A DNA stretch of 63,098 bases, filler included, from Pirum gemmata (GCA_002812295.1; 22 parts of 22 records of this genome joined end to end with filler, not necessarily neighbours in it), one strand, 5' to 3'; positions 1 through 11,959 are shown, numbered from the whole stretch's first letter. Translations and numbers: made by a program. The notes: generated by a model not told the origin, from the letters alone.

Positions 1-96
1 ACAGCTAAAAATACTCAAAAAAAATTATTATTATTATTATTATTTTTCTAGCTATGACATACGATATCATAATAAGTATCATATATATCATACCAG

Positions 97-230
97 GAAT
101 AAATCTACTCGTAAGGCTAATTACACCTCCTAAAGCTAAGGTTACACCTCCTAAGGCTAAGGCACTGAAAAAATTGTTCACACAACTTAAAAATCAACAA
201 GACCAAATTAAAAATCAACAAGAATTATGA
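97..230 (+). pseudogene. Short basic ORF remnant with (KAKV)TPPK repeats and a Gln-rich end
   Basis: Reads ...ITPPKAKVTPPKAKALKKLFTQLKNQQDQIKNQQEL*. Upstream NKSTRKA is in another frame; a 2-nt deletion at ~120 would restore KAKVTPPKAKVTPPK. Confidence 0.35.
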
Positions 231-354
231 ATAAATTTGTTTTATTTTTATTTGTTTTTTTTTTAACGCAGGCAAGAATAATTTTAAAAAAATAATACAA
301 GAAGTCTAAAATTTTTCCAAAAAAAATTTTTTTTTTTTGGAAAATTATTTTATT

Positions 355-435
355 ATGGCTCGCACTAAACAAACAACTATCAAAGGAGGGAAAGGTGGAG
401 GAAGAGGAGGAAAAGGGAAAGTAGGGACCCAAGGT
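355..435 (+). CDS. Histone H3/H4 tail-like N-terminus (MARTKQTTIKGGKGGGRGGKGKVGTQG), truncated or first exon
   Basis: ATG at 355. ARTKQT equals H3 residues 1-6, followed by a G/K/R-rich H4-like tail. No histone fold follows. Possible donor CAAG|GTTGGT at 433/434. Confidence 0.55.
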
Positions 436-1188
436 TGGTATTGTTATTTAATTATTATTATACCGAATTACTTCAAAAGGACTAGACATGTCAAAATTTA
501 CAGAGGGTTCATCATCGACATCTACTTCAGTATCATAATAATTAAATAACAATACCATATATTTTTTGTTTTTGTAATACAAAATCAAACTTCTATCAAA
601 AATAAAAAAACAACTAACTTTATCATAAGGTTCTAACAATGTCCACAATTGAAAGTTATTAAATCCAACATAACCGATTTCTGAGTTAATTAACATGACT
701 AGTTAAATGCGGTGATGATAAAAATTTCCCAGGGACATGACTTCCATCCAGGACATTCAAAACTTAACCATATGTTTTGATTTATTATTTAATACTAATA
801 ATGATAAAGCATTTTCTTTTCACCCTGGAAAATTTTTATCATCACCGCATTTAACTAGTCATGTTAAAACTCAAAAATTGGTTATGTTGGATTTAATAAC
901 CTTCAATTGTGGACATTGTGAACCTTATGATAAAGTTAATTGTTTTTTATTTTTATAGAAGTTTTATTTTGTATTACAAAAACAAAAAATATATGGTATT
1001 GTTATTTAATTATTATGATACTGAAGCAAATGTCGATGACGAATTACAAGCGATATGACAAGATAATAACAAAAATTACATCAAAAGGACTAGACATGTC
1101 AAAATTTACAGAGGGTTCATCATCGACATCTACTTCAGTAGCATAATAATTAAATAACAATACCATATATTTTTTGTTTTTGTAATAC
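436..1188. repeat. Nested inverted/direct repeat (multi-hairpin) block
   Basis: Inverted arms 508-734 / 823-1043 (88-bp loop, several mismatches and bulges). Second inverted pair 971-1043 / 1116-1188. Direct repeat 466-580 / 1074-1188. 436-457 is the inverse of 535-556. Confidence 0.9.
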
Positions 1189-1788
1189 GACAGGAATGAA
1201 CAATTTTTAGAGAGATAATTCTTAGACATGCTCAAGAATTATTTTTTTGTTTGATTTTTTTTTTTCAATTATTTTTGTTTGATTTTTTTTTCAATTATTT
1301 TTTTGTTTGAATTTTTTTTTTTTTCATTTTTTTTTTCCAATTATTTTTTATCATTATCATCATTATAATCATCATTATCATCATTATAATCATCATTATA
1401 ATCATTATTATAGTATATATTATATATCAACATCATAATCATATCATTATCATTATGCCCATTATCATCATAATGATAATTATTATAGTATGCTCATTAT
1501 CATTATACTCATTATCATCATCATCATTATCATCATAATCATATACTCATTATCATCACAATCATTATCATCATAATCATTATAGTATAATCATTATCAT
1601 CATAATCATTATAGTATAATCATTATCATCATTATCATCATCTTTTCCATCACTATCATTATCAATCATAATCATTATCATTATAGTATAATCATTATAA
1701 TCATAATCATTATAATCATAATCATTATAATCATAATCATTATAATCATAATCAGTATCATCGTAATCATTATCATAGTGTAATAATC

Positions 1789-1825
<37 letters not shown>

Positions 1826-2064
1826 CCTTTGTATCATGATTATTATAGTAGCTAGCCCCATTATCTAGTTATAATATTCTAATTCCAGCTAGCAACCAAT
1901 TAAATATAATCTCAGAATGTAAATAAAAAATATAATATTTTAACCAATTAAAANCATTATAGTATAATCATTATAATCATAATCATTATAATCATAATCA
2001 TTATAATCATAATCATTATAATCATAATCAGTATCATCGTAATCATTATCATAGTGTAATAATC

Positions 2065-2101
<37 letters not shown>

Positions 2102-2687
2102 CCTTTGTATCATGATTATTATAGTAGCTAGCCCCATTATCTAGTTATAATATTCTAATTCCAGCTAGCAACCAATTAAATATAATCTCAGAATGTAAAT
2201 AAAAAATATAATATTTTAACCAATTAAAAATCTATTGTATTTTGTATTTAAAGAACTTTTAATTTTAACCAATTAAAAATTAGTATTTTATTTTTGCATT
2301 TAAAAAAAGGACTTTTCTATTTTTTTTTTTAAAGAAAATAATGAGTATAATAAAATATAAAAATATATTTTTAAAAAATATGTAAAAAAAAAATCTAGAA
2401 AAAAAATACCCATATTATAATAAAAGGTTAGAATAACAATAAAAATATTCAAATTTAGCAAAATGTCGAATTATTTGGGTAGATACTTCCAAATAAAGAA
2501 TTCGCCATTTGAATCCAAAATATGACAAATATGGAAAAAAATCGCCATTTTTTTCGGTAATTATATATTATTATAATGGCGAAAATAACCATTATTATTA
2601 TCATAATATATATCATAATTTTATTAATAATTATTAACTATATATTATCATAATTTTATTAATAATTATTATTAACTATCATAATTA

Positions 2688-2787
2688 NNNNNNNNNNNNN
2701 NNNNNNNNNNNNNNNNNNNNNNNNNNNNNNNTTAATTAATTAANNNNNNNNNNNNNNNNNNNNNNNNNNNNNNNNNNNNNNNNNNNN
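2688..2787. other. Artificial contig-joining spacer (N44-TTAATTAATTAA-N44); first of 21
   Basis: The same ~100-bp spacer, with stops in all six frames, also starts at 5402, 8911, 13314, 16080, 18866, 21622, 24407, 27193, 29959, 32722, 35475, 38214, 40998, 43781, 46524, 49277, 52060, 54843, 57598 and 60369. Segments between spacers are unrelated. Confidence 0.98.
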
Positions 2788-2831
<44 letters not shown>

Positions 2832-3039
2832 CTTGAATAAATTGAGATACCCAGCATTCATCAATGCTATCGTGGTTACAGGTTGTATAATGAGAGAATT
2901 TTAAATAAAAACAGATATGAAAACCGATTCGCCCTATTTATTAAAATAAAAATAACAATTTAATGTATGGCTACGAGTGGTCAAAAAAGAAAGTAACAAC
3001 TAGTACAATGTAATATTCAAATTTAAGAAGAAAAAGGCA

Positions 3040-3088
<49 letters not shown>

Positions 3089-3189
3089 GTAATAACAATA
3101 TGATAAATAATAACAATAATAATAACAATAACAATAATAATAATAAAATTAAAAGTAATAACGATGGAAATGATAAAAATCATGATAAT

Positions 3190-3336
3190 GACAATGATAA
3201 TACTAATACTAATACTAATACTAATACTAATACCAATACCAATACCAATACCAATACACATACTAATACTAATATATGATAACAATAATAATAATAAAAA
3301 ACCTAAAAATAATAATGATAATGATAAAAATCATGG

Positions 3337-3371
<35 letters not shown>

Positions 3372-4025
3372 CTAATACCAATACTAATACTAATACTAAA
3401 ACTAATACTAATACTAATACTAATACTAATACCAATACTAATACTAATACTAGTACTAATACTAATACTAATACTAATACTAATACTAATACTAATACTG
3501 ATACTATACTAATACCAATACTAATAAATAATAATAATAATAATAAAACTAAAAATAAGAATGATCATGATCATGATCATGATCATGATAATGATAATGA
3601 TAATGATAACACTTTCACTAATACAAATACAAATACCAATAATAATACTAATACTAATACTAATACCAATACCAATACTAATACTAACACTAACACTAAC
3701 ACTAACACTAATACTAATACTAATACTAATACTAATACTAATACTAATACTAATACTTATACTAATACTAATACTTATACTAATACTAATACTAATACTA
3801 ATACTAATACTAATACTAACAATACTAATACTAATACTAATACTAATACTAATACTAATACTAATACTAATACTAATACTAATACTAATACTAATACTAA
3901 TACTAATACTAATACTAATGCCAATACTAATACCAAAACTAATACCAATACTAATACCAATACTAATACTAAATACTAATACTAAAAATTAATACTAATA
4001 CTAAAAATTAATACTAATACTAATC
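3190..4025 (+). repeat. (ACTAAT)n / (AATGAT)n hexamer satellite
   Basis: Long ACTAAT arrays visible directly; they generate spurious NT, IL and VL ORFs. Confidence 0.9.
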
Positions 4026-4167
4026 ATTCTAATACTAAAACTAATAATACGATTGGTGATAAGGAAAGCTTACAATATTTAAAGTCGAATGCCACCAATT
4101 ATTTGGTATGTATAAAACTTCACCTGGGCCTAGCACACATTCAATTGGTTTTTTTTCTTCTTCTATA

Positions 4168-4723
4168 TTGTTATTATCAAGAGTATTATTAGGGTTAGGG
4201 TTAGGATTAGGATTAGGGTTAGGTTAGGATGACGTCACATTTTTTAAACATTAAACATACCCTTTTTCTAGATTGCCATTTTAATGGCTTAGATTACAAT
4301 ATTAAAGCTGATAATTTTCATCTGACAGGGTTGTTATTATCAAGAGTATTATTAGGGTAAGGGTTAGGATTAGGGTTAGGGTTAGGTTAGGATGGGTTAG
4401 GGTTAGGCACATTTTTTAAACATACCATTTTTCTAGATTGCCATTTTATTGGCTTAGATTACAATATGAAAGCTGATAATTTTCATCTGATAGGGTTGTT
4501 ATTATCAAGAATATTATTAGGGTTAGAGTTAGGATTGGGGTTAGGGTTAGGGTTAGGATGACGTCACATTTTTTAACCATACCCTTTTTCTAGATTGCCA
4601 TTTTAATGGCTTAGAATACAATATGAAACCTGATAATTATCATCTGATAGGGTTGTTATTATCAAGAGTAGTATTAGGGTCAGGGTTAGGAATAGGGTTA
4701 GGGTTAGGGTTAGGATGACGTCA
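4168..4723 (+). repeat. ~160-bp tandem repeat (3.5 units), each carrying a variable TTAGGG tract
   Basis: Units start TTGTTATTATCAAGA at 4168, 4331, 4496 and 4653 (periods 163, 165, 157). Confidence 0.9.
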
Positions 4724-5632
4724 TAATATTATTTTTTTATTTCTTATGTTTTGTCACCATCGAACAGGTTGAGGGAACTAACTTTTCCTCTACCTGAAGC
4801 GAGGTTAGATATATATATGTCGTTGTGACGTCATTCGTGCTAGCCCTATACTTTAGTCCCTATGAAAATACTAATTTTTCGCGCTTATTTAATAAATAAA
4901 ATCGATATTTCGAATCTATAGCGAAAATTTGATCGTTTCTATTATCATAATAATTATAATATGTACAACCCGTATTAACAATGCCAATACAATTTTACCA
5001 ATTTAAAAAAGTACTTAATTTCGCCCTTACCACTACTAACACTACTACCACTACTACCACTACTAACCCTAACCCTAACCCTAACCCTAACCCCTTTGAA
5101 CTTTATAATTACCAAAAAAAGGATAGTTTTTTATAGTCCAGAAAAGTGAAGTTTGATTCGGATGATAATTTGGTATATCTACTCTTTCAGTTTCGGCAGG
5201 GTACAAAAACCAGCGCTTTTTACCATGTAAAACTTCGGCGAAAACTGCACCATGAGTGTGGAATGGAACTCCTATCGTAGTTTTTGTTATTCGTTTTAAT
5301 AAACTTATTATTATGATAATGATTATAATTGTTGTTGCTGCTGTTGTTGTTGTTGTTGTTGTTGCTGCTGTTGTTGCTGTTGCTGTTGCTGTTGTTGTTG
5401 TNNNNNNNNNNNNNNNNNNNNNNNNNNNNNNNNNNNNNNNNNNNNTTAATTAATTAANNNNNNNNNNNNNNNNNNNNNNNNNNNNNNNNNNNNNNNNNNN
5501 NCAACAACAACAACAACAACAACAACAACAAGAAACAAAAACAGCAACTACAACAGCAGCAACAACAGCAACAACAACAACAGCAACAGTAACAACAACA
5601 ACAAAAACAACAACAACAGTAACAACAACAGT

Positions 5633-5669
<37 letters not shown>

Positions 5670-5806
5670 GCAACCAACAACAACAACAACAACCAACAGC
5701 AATAACAACAACGAAAACCAACAAAACCAACAAACAACAATGACGACGACAACAACAACGATAACAAACAACAATGACGACGACAACAACAACGATAAGA
5801 ACAACG

Positions 5807-5845
<39 letters not shown>

Positions 5846-5876
5846 TTATATCTACAACAACAACAACAACAAACAG

Positions 5877-6182
5877 TGTAATATTTACTTACACAACCAA
5901 ATGATGCACCTAATCAATGAACTACTTGAAGTTATGCCTGATAAAAAATTGGATTCCTTTTTCTTTTGGAATTCTGGAGCTGAAGCAGTCGAGGCTGCTA
6001 TTAAATTAGCAAGACATGCGACAGGAAAAACCAACGTCATCGCCGTCCAAGGTGGTTACCACGGTCGAACTCTTGGTACTATGTCTTTGACTACTTCAAA
6101 AACCATTTACCGGGCCGGGTATGGCCCTCTCATGCCTGGTGTTTTTGTTACACCGTTCCCATATGCTACTCAATATCCACAA
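5877..6182 (+). CDS. Class III PLP aminotransferase (4-aminobutyrate aminotransferase-like), internal exon
   Basis: Motifs [15 protein letters not shown] and [17 protein letters not shown] acceptor at 5874-5876, GTGAGA donor at 6183. Confidence 0.9.
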
Positions 6183-6192
6183 GTGAGACCAG

Positions 6193-6224
<32 letters not shown>

Positions 6225-6330
6225 NNNNNNNNNNNNNNNNNNTTTTGTATTATTACATTTCTTTTAAACATCAATCAAAACAACCTTTAGATCAATTGAT
6301 ACTATATTTCTTTCTATAATATTATTTCAG

Positions 6331-7106
6331 CTTTAATAATGATTTGCAAAACAAGACGGGACCTTGGGAAAACTATGAAATTGAATTATTTATTGATCAG
6401 TTTAATGATTTTAATAGTCAACCTGACGACATATCTTGGAACTGGGGATTATTCAGCAAATCCATACCGACACGTGTTGGAAAGCAGGTAACTAGAATAG
6501 TTAATTTGATATTATACCTTATGATATATATATATATATACATATATACGTTTTTAATACCTTTATCTTTTATTTTAATATTAGTGCATGGATCAATACA
6601 AGAAATTATTAAGACAAGGTCTTGTAACTGAAATGAATAGAGTGATAGAAGGTTTATAATTACTATTCTATAATTACTGCTTTATAATTGCTACTCTATA
6701 ATTGCTACTTTATAAGTGTTACTATTTACTACTCTATTTGTTATTGTTACTTTATAATTGATTATTGCTATTGATTACTGTAAAGATATTATTTTTAGTA
6801 TTTAATTTTATTGTTCATTATAAAAACATTCAAAGAAGAGACAGATACTGATGGCGATGAGTACGATTTAGAAGATACGGATGATGAATTGTCACTTTTA
6901 TATAGTCAAATCCCGAGAGAAGATGATGAAGATGATGAAGATGATGAAGATGAAGAAGATGAAGAAGATGAAAAAGTTCATACTTATCAAGAATCGGAAA
7001 CAAACCTTAATGAAGAGGAATCATCCGATGAGGATTCAGATAATAATTCAGTTGATAAATATAAATGCCGCAAGTCGATAGGTAGGTTTCATGATATTGT
7101 TTTTAC

Positions 7107-7142
<36 letters not shown>

Positions 7143-8567
7143 CCTTTTTTTACTTTTATTTTTTTTTTTTTTTTTTTTTTTCACTTGCCACTTATCTAAC
7201 CATATCATGATTTGTTTTTTACAATAGTATATTCTAGATTTACCAAAACATGTGACCGGCCCTTAGTTGGAGCAAAAGATAATTGTGATCAGTGCCATAT
7301 GTATCGAAAAGAAAAAAGCCAAAGATGTACCAAGAAAAGCAAAAGAGATGGTTATTGTAAACAACATCTTGAAATTAGAGTTACACCCACAACCACAGTC
7401 ACTTCCACAACTACTTCCACAACTACTTCCACAACTACTTCCACAACTACTTCCACAACTACTTCCACAACTACTTCCACGGCCACTTCCACTTCCACTT
7501 CCACTTCCACTTCCACAACCACTTCCACAGCCAAACGAATAAAAAGTGAGTCACTATTAGAAACAAAAGCAATAAAAAGTGACTCACTATTAGAAACAAA
7601 AGCCTTTAAACAGATAAAAAAAGAAATTTATGATAACAAAGATTCGGCTAGATATTTATATGTTAAGTATATTCTGGATAGTGTAGGACATGTTATGTCC
7701 AAATTGGAAGATTTTGAGTATACATATAAGGAAATTGAAAAATATTTTGAAAAAAATGGAAAAGAAGGTACTATAGTTGGGAATTGTAAATTTAATAATG
7801 TAGCTATTGGTAAGAAAAAATTAGGGAATTCATACCAAGTGAATATGGAAAGTCCTATAATTAATGAAGTGTTTCGGTTGCAACATTGTGAACAATTAAA
7901 AAAAAAACAGTTCGCTGAGCTTTTAAAAGCCAATACAAGTCTAACCACTTTGGAATTGAAAAATAACAATTTTGGGGATGAGGGGGCAGGGAGGCTCGCT
8001 AAGGCTTTAAAAGTCAATACAAGTATAACCACCTTGAAGTTGTATTATAACAAGATTGGGGCTGAGGGGGCAGGGAGGCTCGCGGAGGCTTTAAAAGCCA
8101 ATACAAGTCTAACCACCTTAAACTTAGGTCAGGACAATATTGGGGATGAGGGGGTAGGGAGGCTCGCTGAGGCTTTAAAAGCCAATACAAGTCTAACCAC
8201 CTTAGACTTAGTTGACAACAAAATTGGGGATGAGGGGGTAGGGAGGCTCGCGGAGGCTTTAAAAGCCAATACAAGTCTAACCACCTTAAACTTAGGTTGG
8301 AATAATATTGGGCATGCGGGGGCAGGGAGGCTCGCTGAGGCTTTAAAAGTCAATACAAGTCTAACCACCTTACACTTAGATTGGAACAATATTGGGGCTG
8401 CGGAGGCAGGGATGCTCGCTGAGGCTTTAAAAGTCAATACAAGTCTAACCACCTTAGACTTAGATTGTAACAAAATTGGAGATGAGGGGGCAGGGGGGCT
8501 CAAAGAAATTGAAGATATGTTATCAAGAAACAAAAATATGATAATCATGATTGATGATGATGATTAA
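6331..8567 (+). CDS. Spliced Myb/SANT + acidic tract + CCCH-type finger + RI-like (NLRC3-like) LRR protein, 5' incomplete
   Basis: Phase-consistent exons 6331-6487, 6585-6651, 6836-7081, 7228-8567. Myb: GPWENYEIELF...WGLFSKSIPTRVGKQ|CMDQYKKL. Finger: CHMYRKEKSQRCTKKSKRDGYCKQH. About seven 28-aa repeats LAEALKxNTSLTTLxLxxNxIGDEG. Confidence 0.8.
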
Positions 8568-9395
8568 GTATTATCATTTGTTTGCTCATGTTAACGGAAA
8601 AAATAATTTAAATAAAATAAAATAAAATAAAAACTTTCTTACATGATAACTATATATAAGAAAAAGAATAAATAGTTATAACTCTACTCTATTTTTTTTT
8701 GATGCCACTTCTCCCCTTCGTTTCTCAAAACTTGACCCTGGCAACACCTCTATTTTTTTTTTGTTTTTGGAATGTCACCTCTGGCGTTTCTCAAACTTGA
8801 CTCTGGTAACAACTCTTAACTTATTCCCTCCTTTAAAACTGGAGGTAAAATAAAATAAAATAAAAAGTTTCTTGCCTGGCAACAACTCGACTCATTTTTT
8901 TTTTTTTTTTNNNNNNNNNNNNNNNNNNNNNNNNNNNNNNNNNNNNNNNNNNNNTTAATTAATTAANNNNNNNNNNNNNNNNNNNNNNNNNNNNNNNNNN
9001 NNNNNNNNNNATAAATAATAAATAATAAACCTTGCATCTACACACACAAAAGCAATAAAACAATATTATTTATTTAAATCTAACCTTAATCACCCTAACC
9101 CTAATCACCACACACACACACACATATATATATACATACGATAACCATAATAAACCGAAAAACCTTACATCTGCACACACAAAAGCAAGAAAACAATGTT
9201 GTTTATTTAAATCTAACCTTAATCACCCTAACCTTAATCATCCTAACCCCAATCGCCCTAACCCTTATCACCCTAAACCTAATCATGATAATTATAATTA
9301 TAATGTTATTTTTATTTATTTATCTTTTTTTGATGTTACTTAATTTGTTTAAATGTATTTATTTATATACTTATTTATTTATTTAAATACACCAG

Positions 9396-9541
9396 ACAAA
9401 AGATGCTTGGGGTAGCAACTGCTGTTGGGGTAGCTTCTTCGTTTGGGACGCCTATAGGCGGTGTTTTATTCAGTATAGAGGTTACATCTATATACTATTT
9501 TTTAGATCACTACTCTGCATGCTTTATTGCGGCTATTACAG
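9396..9541 (+). CDS. CLC chloride channel exon
   Basis: QKMLGVATAVGVASSFGTPIGGVLFSIEVTSIYY matches the CLC signature. CAG acceptor and GTATTG donor. Confidence 0.88.
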
Positions 9542-9814
9542 GTATTGTAATTTTATAATTTAATGTTATTATTTATTATTTATTATTTATTATTTATTAT
9601 TTATTATTTATTATTTATTATTTATTATTTATTATTTATTATTTATTATTTATTATTTATTATTTATNTATCATTGTTAACACTTACACTTCATCTTCGA
9701 TGTTCATTATGCATATTAAATGTCATATTGTGATTTACTGGTGATTTATTTTTATAATTTTTTTGTAACGTGAAATTAATAAATGGATGAATGAATAATC
9801 AAATAAACACATAG

Positions 9815-10647
9815 CCTTCTTTACAACATCAAAGCCGAGTCTCAGAACAACAGTACCGCTCACAACTTTCCGTTCTAGCTGTTAATGCAGTTTCATCGTA
9901 AGTTACTTTCTGATATTTAAGTGTAACTTTTATGGCGGTTTTATTATTATTATTATTATTATTTCGATTAATGTCATTTTTGCATAATTGTTATTCTTTT
10001 TGTTAATTGGTGTTTAATTTGTCTGTGTGTATTTGTGTTGCTGTTATAATCGGGTTACCTTGCGCAATTATTGTTTTTAATGTTAATTTTAATTTAAGCA
10101 AGGTTAAGTTAATAAATATCATTTTAGTTTACATTATTATTATTATTATTATTATTATTAATAATATTATTATGAATAGTTATTGGGTACTTGGGTACCC
10201 TCCAACTTATGTGCACCCCCCCCCCATTATTTGATATCGATATTGGTGGTGCTGTTACTACCTTTTGCCTTAATGTTAGTTATACTCCCCCTTTGGGTAA
10301 CAAGTTTTATAATCACAAGTGCCAAGTTGCTCTTAAATTATTTCGATTTTTTTTTCTGTTTTTCTTGTTTAATTGGTATTTTGTGAAGGTCTCTTTTATT
10401 TGTGTATATCTGCATAATTAATATTCTAACTATGTCATGTTATTTACTTTTTGGTGCATTTTCTCAATTTTACATTTTATTTTTTTATAATTGTTGCTTT
10501 GTTATTTTCTCGTAGAAAGCATTCAGGTTATAGTAATTCATGGGAAGGAGAATTCGATTTAGCTACTGGTGATTATGAATCCGTGTACAACACACGACTA
10601 TCTCGTCTTGGGGTTAATATAGAACATCTGAGAAATCAACGAGAACA
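9815..10647 (+). CDS. Two exons of an unidentified gene
   Basis: Exon 9815-9897 (PSLQHQSRVSEQQYRSQLSVLAVNAVSS, TAG acceptor, GTAAGT donor) joins in phase to an exon from 10516 (KHSGYSNSWEGEFDLATGDYESVYNTRLSRLG...), which runs into a gap. Confidence 0.55.
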
Positions 10648-10704
10648 NNNNNNNAAATGAGTGTGATGATATATCCGAACAAAGAAATGGTCAAAAAACA
10701 CGGA

Positions 10705-11715
10705 TTAGCCCTTTTTTGCTTGTTTTTTATGTTCGCTGTGATCACTCTTTTTTAAGTGAAGTTGTTCTTTACTTTGCCGTAAAGTGGGCATTGACACTAA
10801 ACGAGCATGTTTTAAATCAGGTTTTGTAAGCCTGAATACTCCTAAAATATGCTCAGGCAGTTCTTCGACATCTCTTCCTTCTATTAGAAGGGCCATATCA
10901 AAGGTAAGTGAATTAGCAGAACCAATAGACATTGTGGCTAGTTTTGAAGCAATTGTAGAAGAAGTAGTGTCACACATTATTTCTAGATATTGTTCTGTTT
11001 TTTTCCAACGATGTTTCAGCTTAGTGGCATATAGTATCGGTTGTGTTTTCCCGCACGCAGCTTTGAGCATCCAATGTGCTTCCATGAGACGAGGAACGAC
11101 TTTAAAGCGTTCATTACGATATTCATCAGTGCCGTTTTTAAAATTTGACCAAAGTATCTGGGACGACAATGGCGCCTTCGCCAATTTGTCGTTGTTCAAA
11201 GCAAACGTACAGGCCATATTATATATCATTGATTGAAAATGCATTACGAGTAAGAATCTCTTTTCACCATTGCGTATGGCGAATTGGGGATAACTTTCTA
11301 TACTTTCGCTGAAATTATCATACCTTCCTTGCGTTTTATTTCGAAAAACATCCACATCAACAAGATCAAATAGACTAGATAAACTAGGTTCTTTGATTTT
11401 ACTTGTCAAGTATGAACTACTTCTTACATGAAATTCCTCAGCTGGTGGTTCACTCCAACAATTACTTCCATCGGTTAAAGGCCCTTTCTTAAATTCAACA
11501 CCCAAATCTCGTGTCAGACTACATAAACTCAAAGAGGAAGGTGACGGTGCCAAATCTTCAAGTAATTGTTGTTGTGCATCATTATCGACAGTAAGTGAAC
11601 AGCGAGAATGAGGTGTATTCGTTATTGAGCTGGTACTATCGATACTAGTCGGTATATTTAAACCATCCTTGGCAGAAATAGAAGTTTCAGATTTATTACT
11701 TTGCATGTTGAACAA
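10705..11715 (-). CDS. EDR2 C-terminal domain (DUF1336) protein
   Basis: 336-aa intronless ORF with WSEP..F.VRS.SYL..K.K, RNERFKVVP, YLEI..D..SS and IEG...EELPE.ILG motifs. Confidence 0.85.
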   Translation of the reverse strand: MFNMQSNKSETSISAKDGLNIPTSIDSTSSITNTPHSRCSLTVDNDAQQQLLEDLAPSPSSLSLCSLTRDLGVEFKKGPLTDGSNCWSEPPAEEFHVRSSSYLTSKIKEPSLSSLFDLVDVDVFRNKTQGRYDNFSESIESYPQFAIRNGEKRFLLVMHFQSMIYNMACTFALNNDKLAKAPLSSQILWSNFKNGTDEYRNERFKVVPRLMEAHWMLKAACGKTQPILYATKLKHRWKKTEQYLEIMCDTTSSTIASKLATMSIGSANSLTFDMALLIEGRDVEELPEHILGVFRLTKPDLKHARLVSMPTLRQSKEQLHLKKSDHSEHKKQAKKG

Positions 11716-11959
11716 AATTTTACATTTATGTTATCCCAAAACAATAAAGATAAAGGAAACAGAAACAAACGTTATCATAAAAACAAAATTCATTTAAAAA
11801 TTTTATTATTAGTCTATATTAGATACAACTTTTACTATCTTTTTTTTTTATTTATATTTAATATTGTCCGATATTATTATTATAGTTATTATTATAATAT
11901 GGTATAAAAAAATTTAATAGTCTATTCAGATAGCAGTTCAATTTTTTTTCTATAATAAC

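Noticed and set aside
1675..2230. Exact ~277-bp tandem duplication around a single N at 1954
   Set aside because: Identical copies split by one N are typical of an unmerged contig overlap.
2971..3992. Long poly-Ile/Leu/Val/Asn-Thr ORFs here and at 5256-5846, 13004-13369, 16380-17628, 45651-45926, 55306-55663, 61963-62283
   Set aside because: Translations of microsatellites; several lie inside demonstrable introns.
4168..4723. CRISPR-like repeat/spacer appearance (also 30180-30425 and the LRR array)
   Set aside because: Variable parts are telomeric tracts or coding residues, not unique spacers; eukaryotic context and no cas genes.
5877..6487. Aminotransferase-Myb fusion gene
   Set aside because: Separated by an internal N gap (6226-6242), and the rest of the aminotransferase is missing; probably a scaffold misjoin or large gap.
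7628..8548. Antisense ORFs over the LRR, ankyrin, TSR and kinase genes
   Set aside because: Shadows of the real coding strand.
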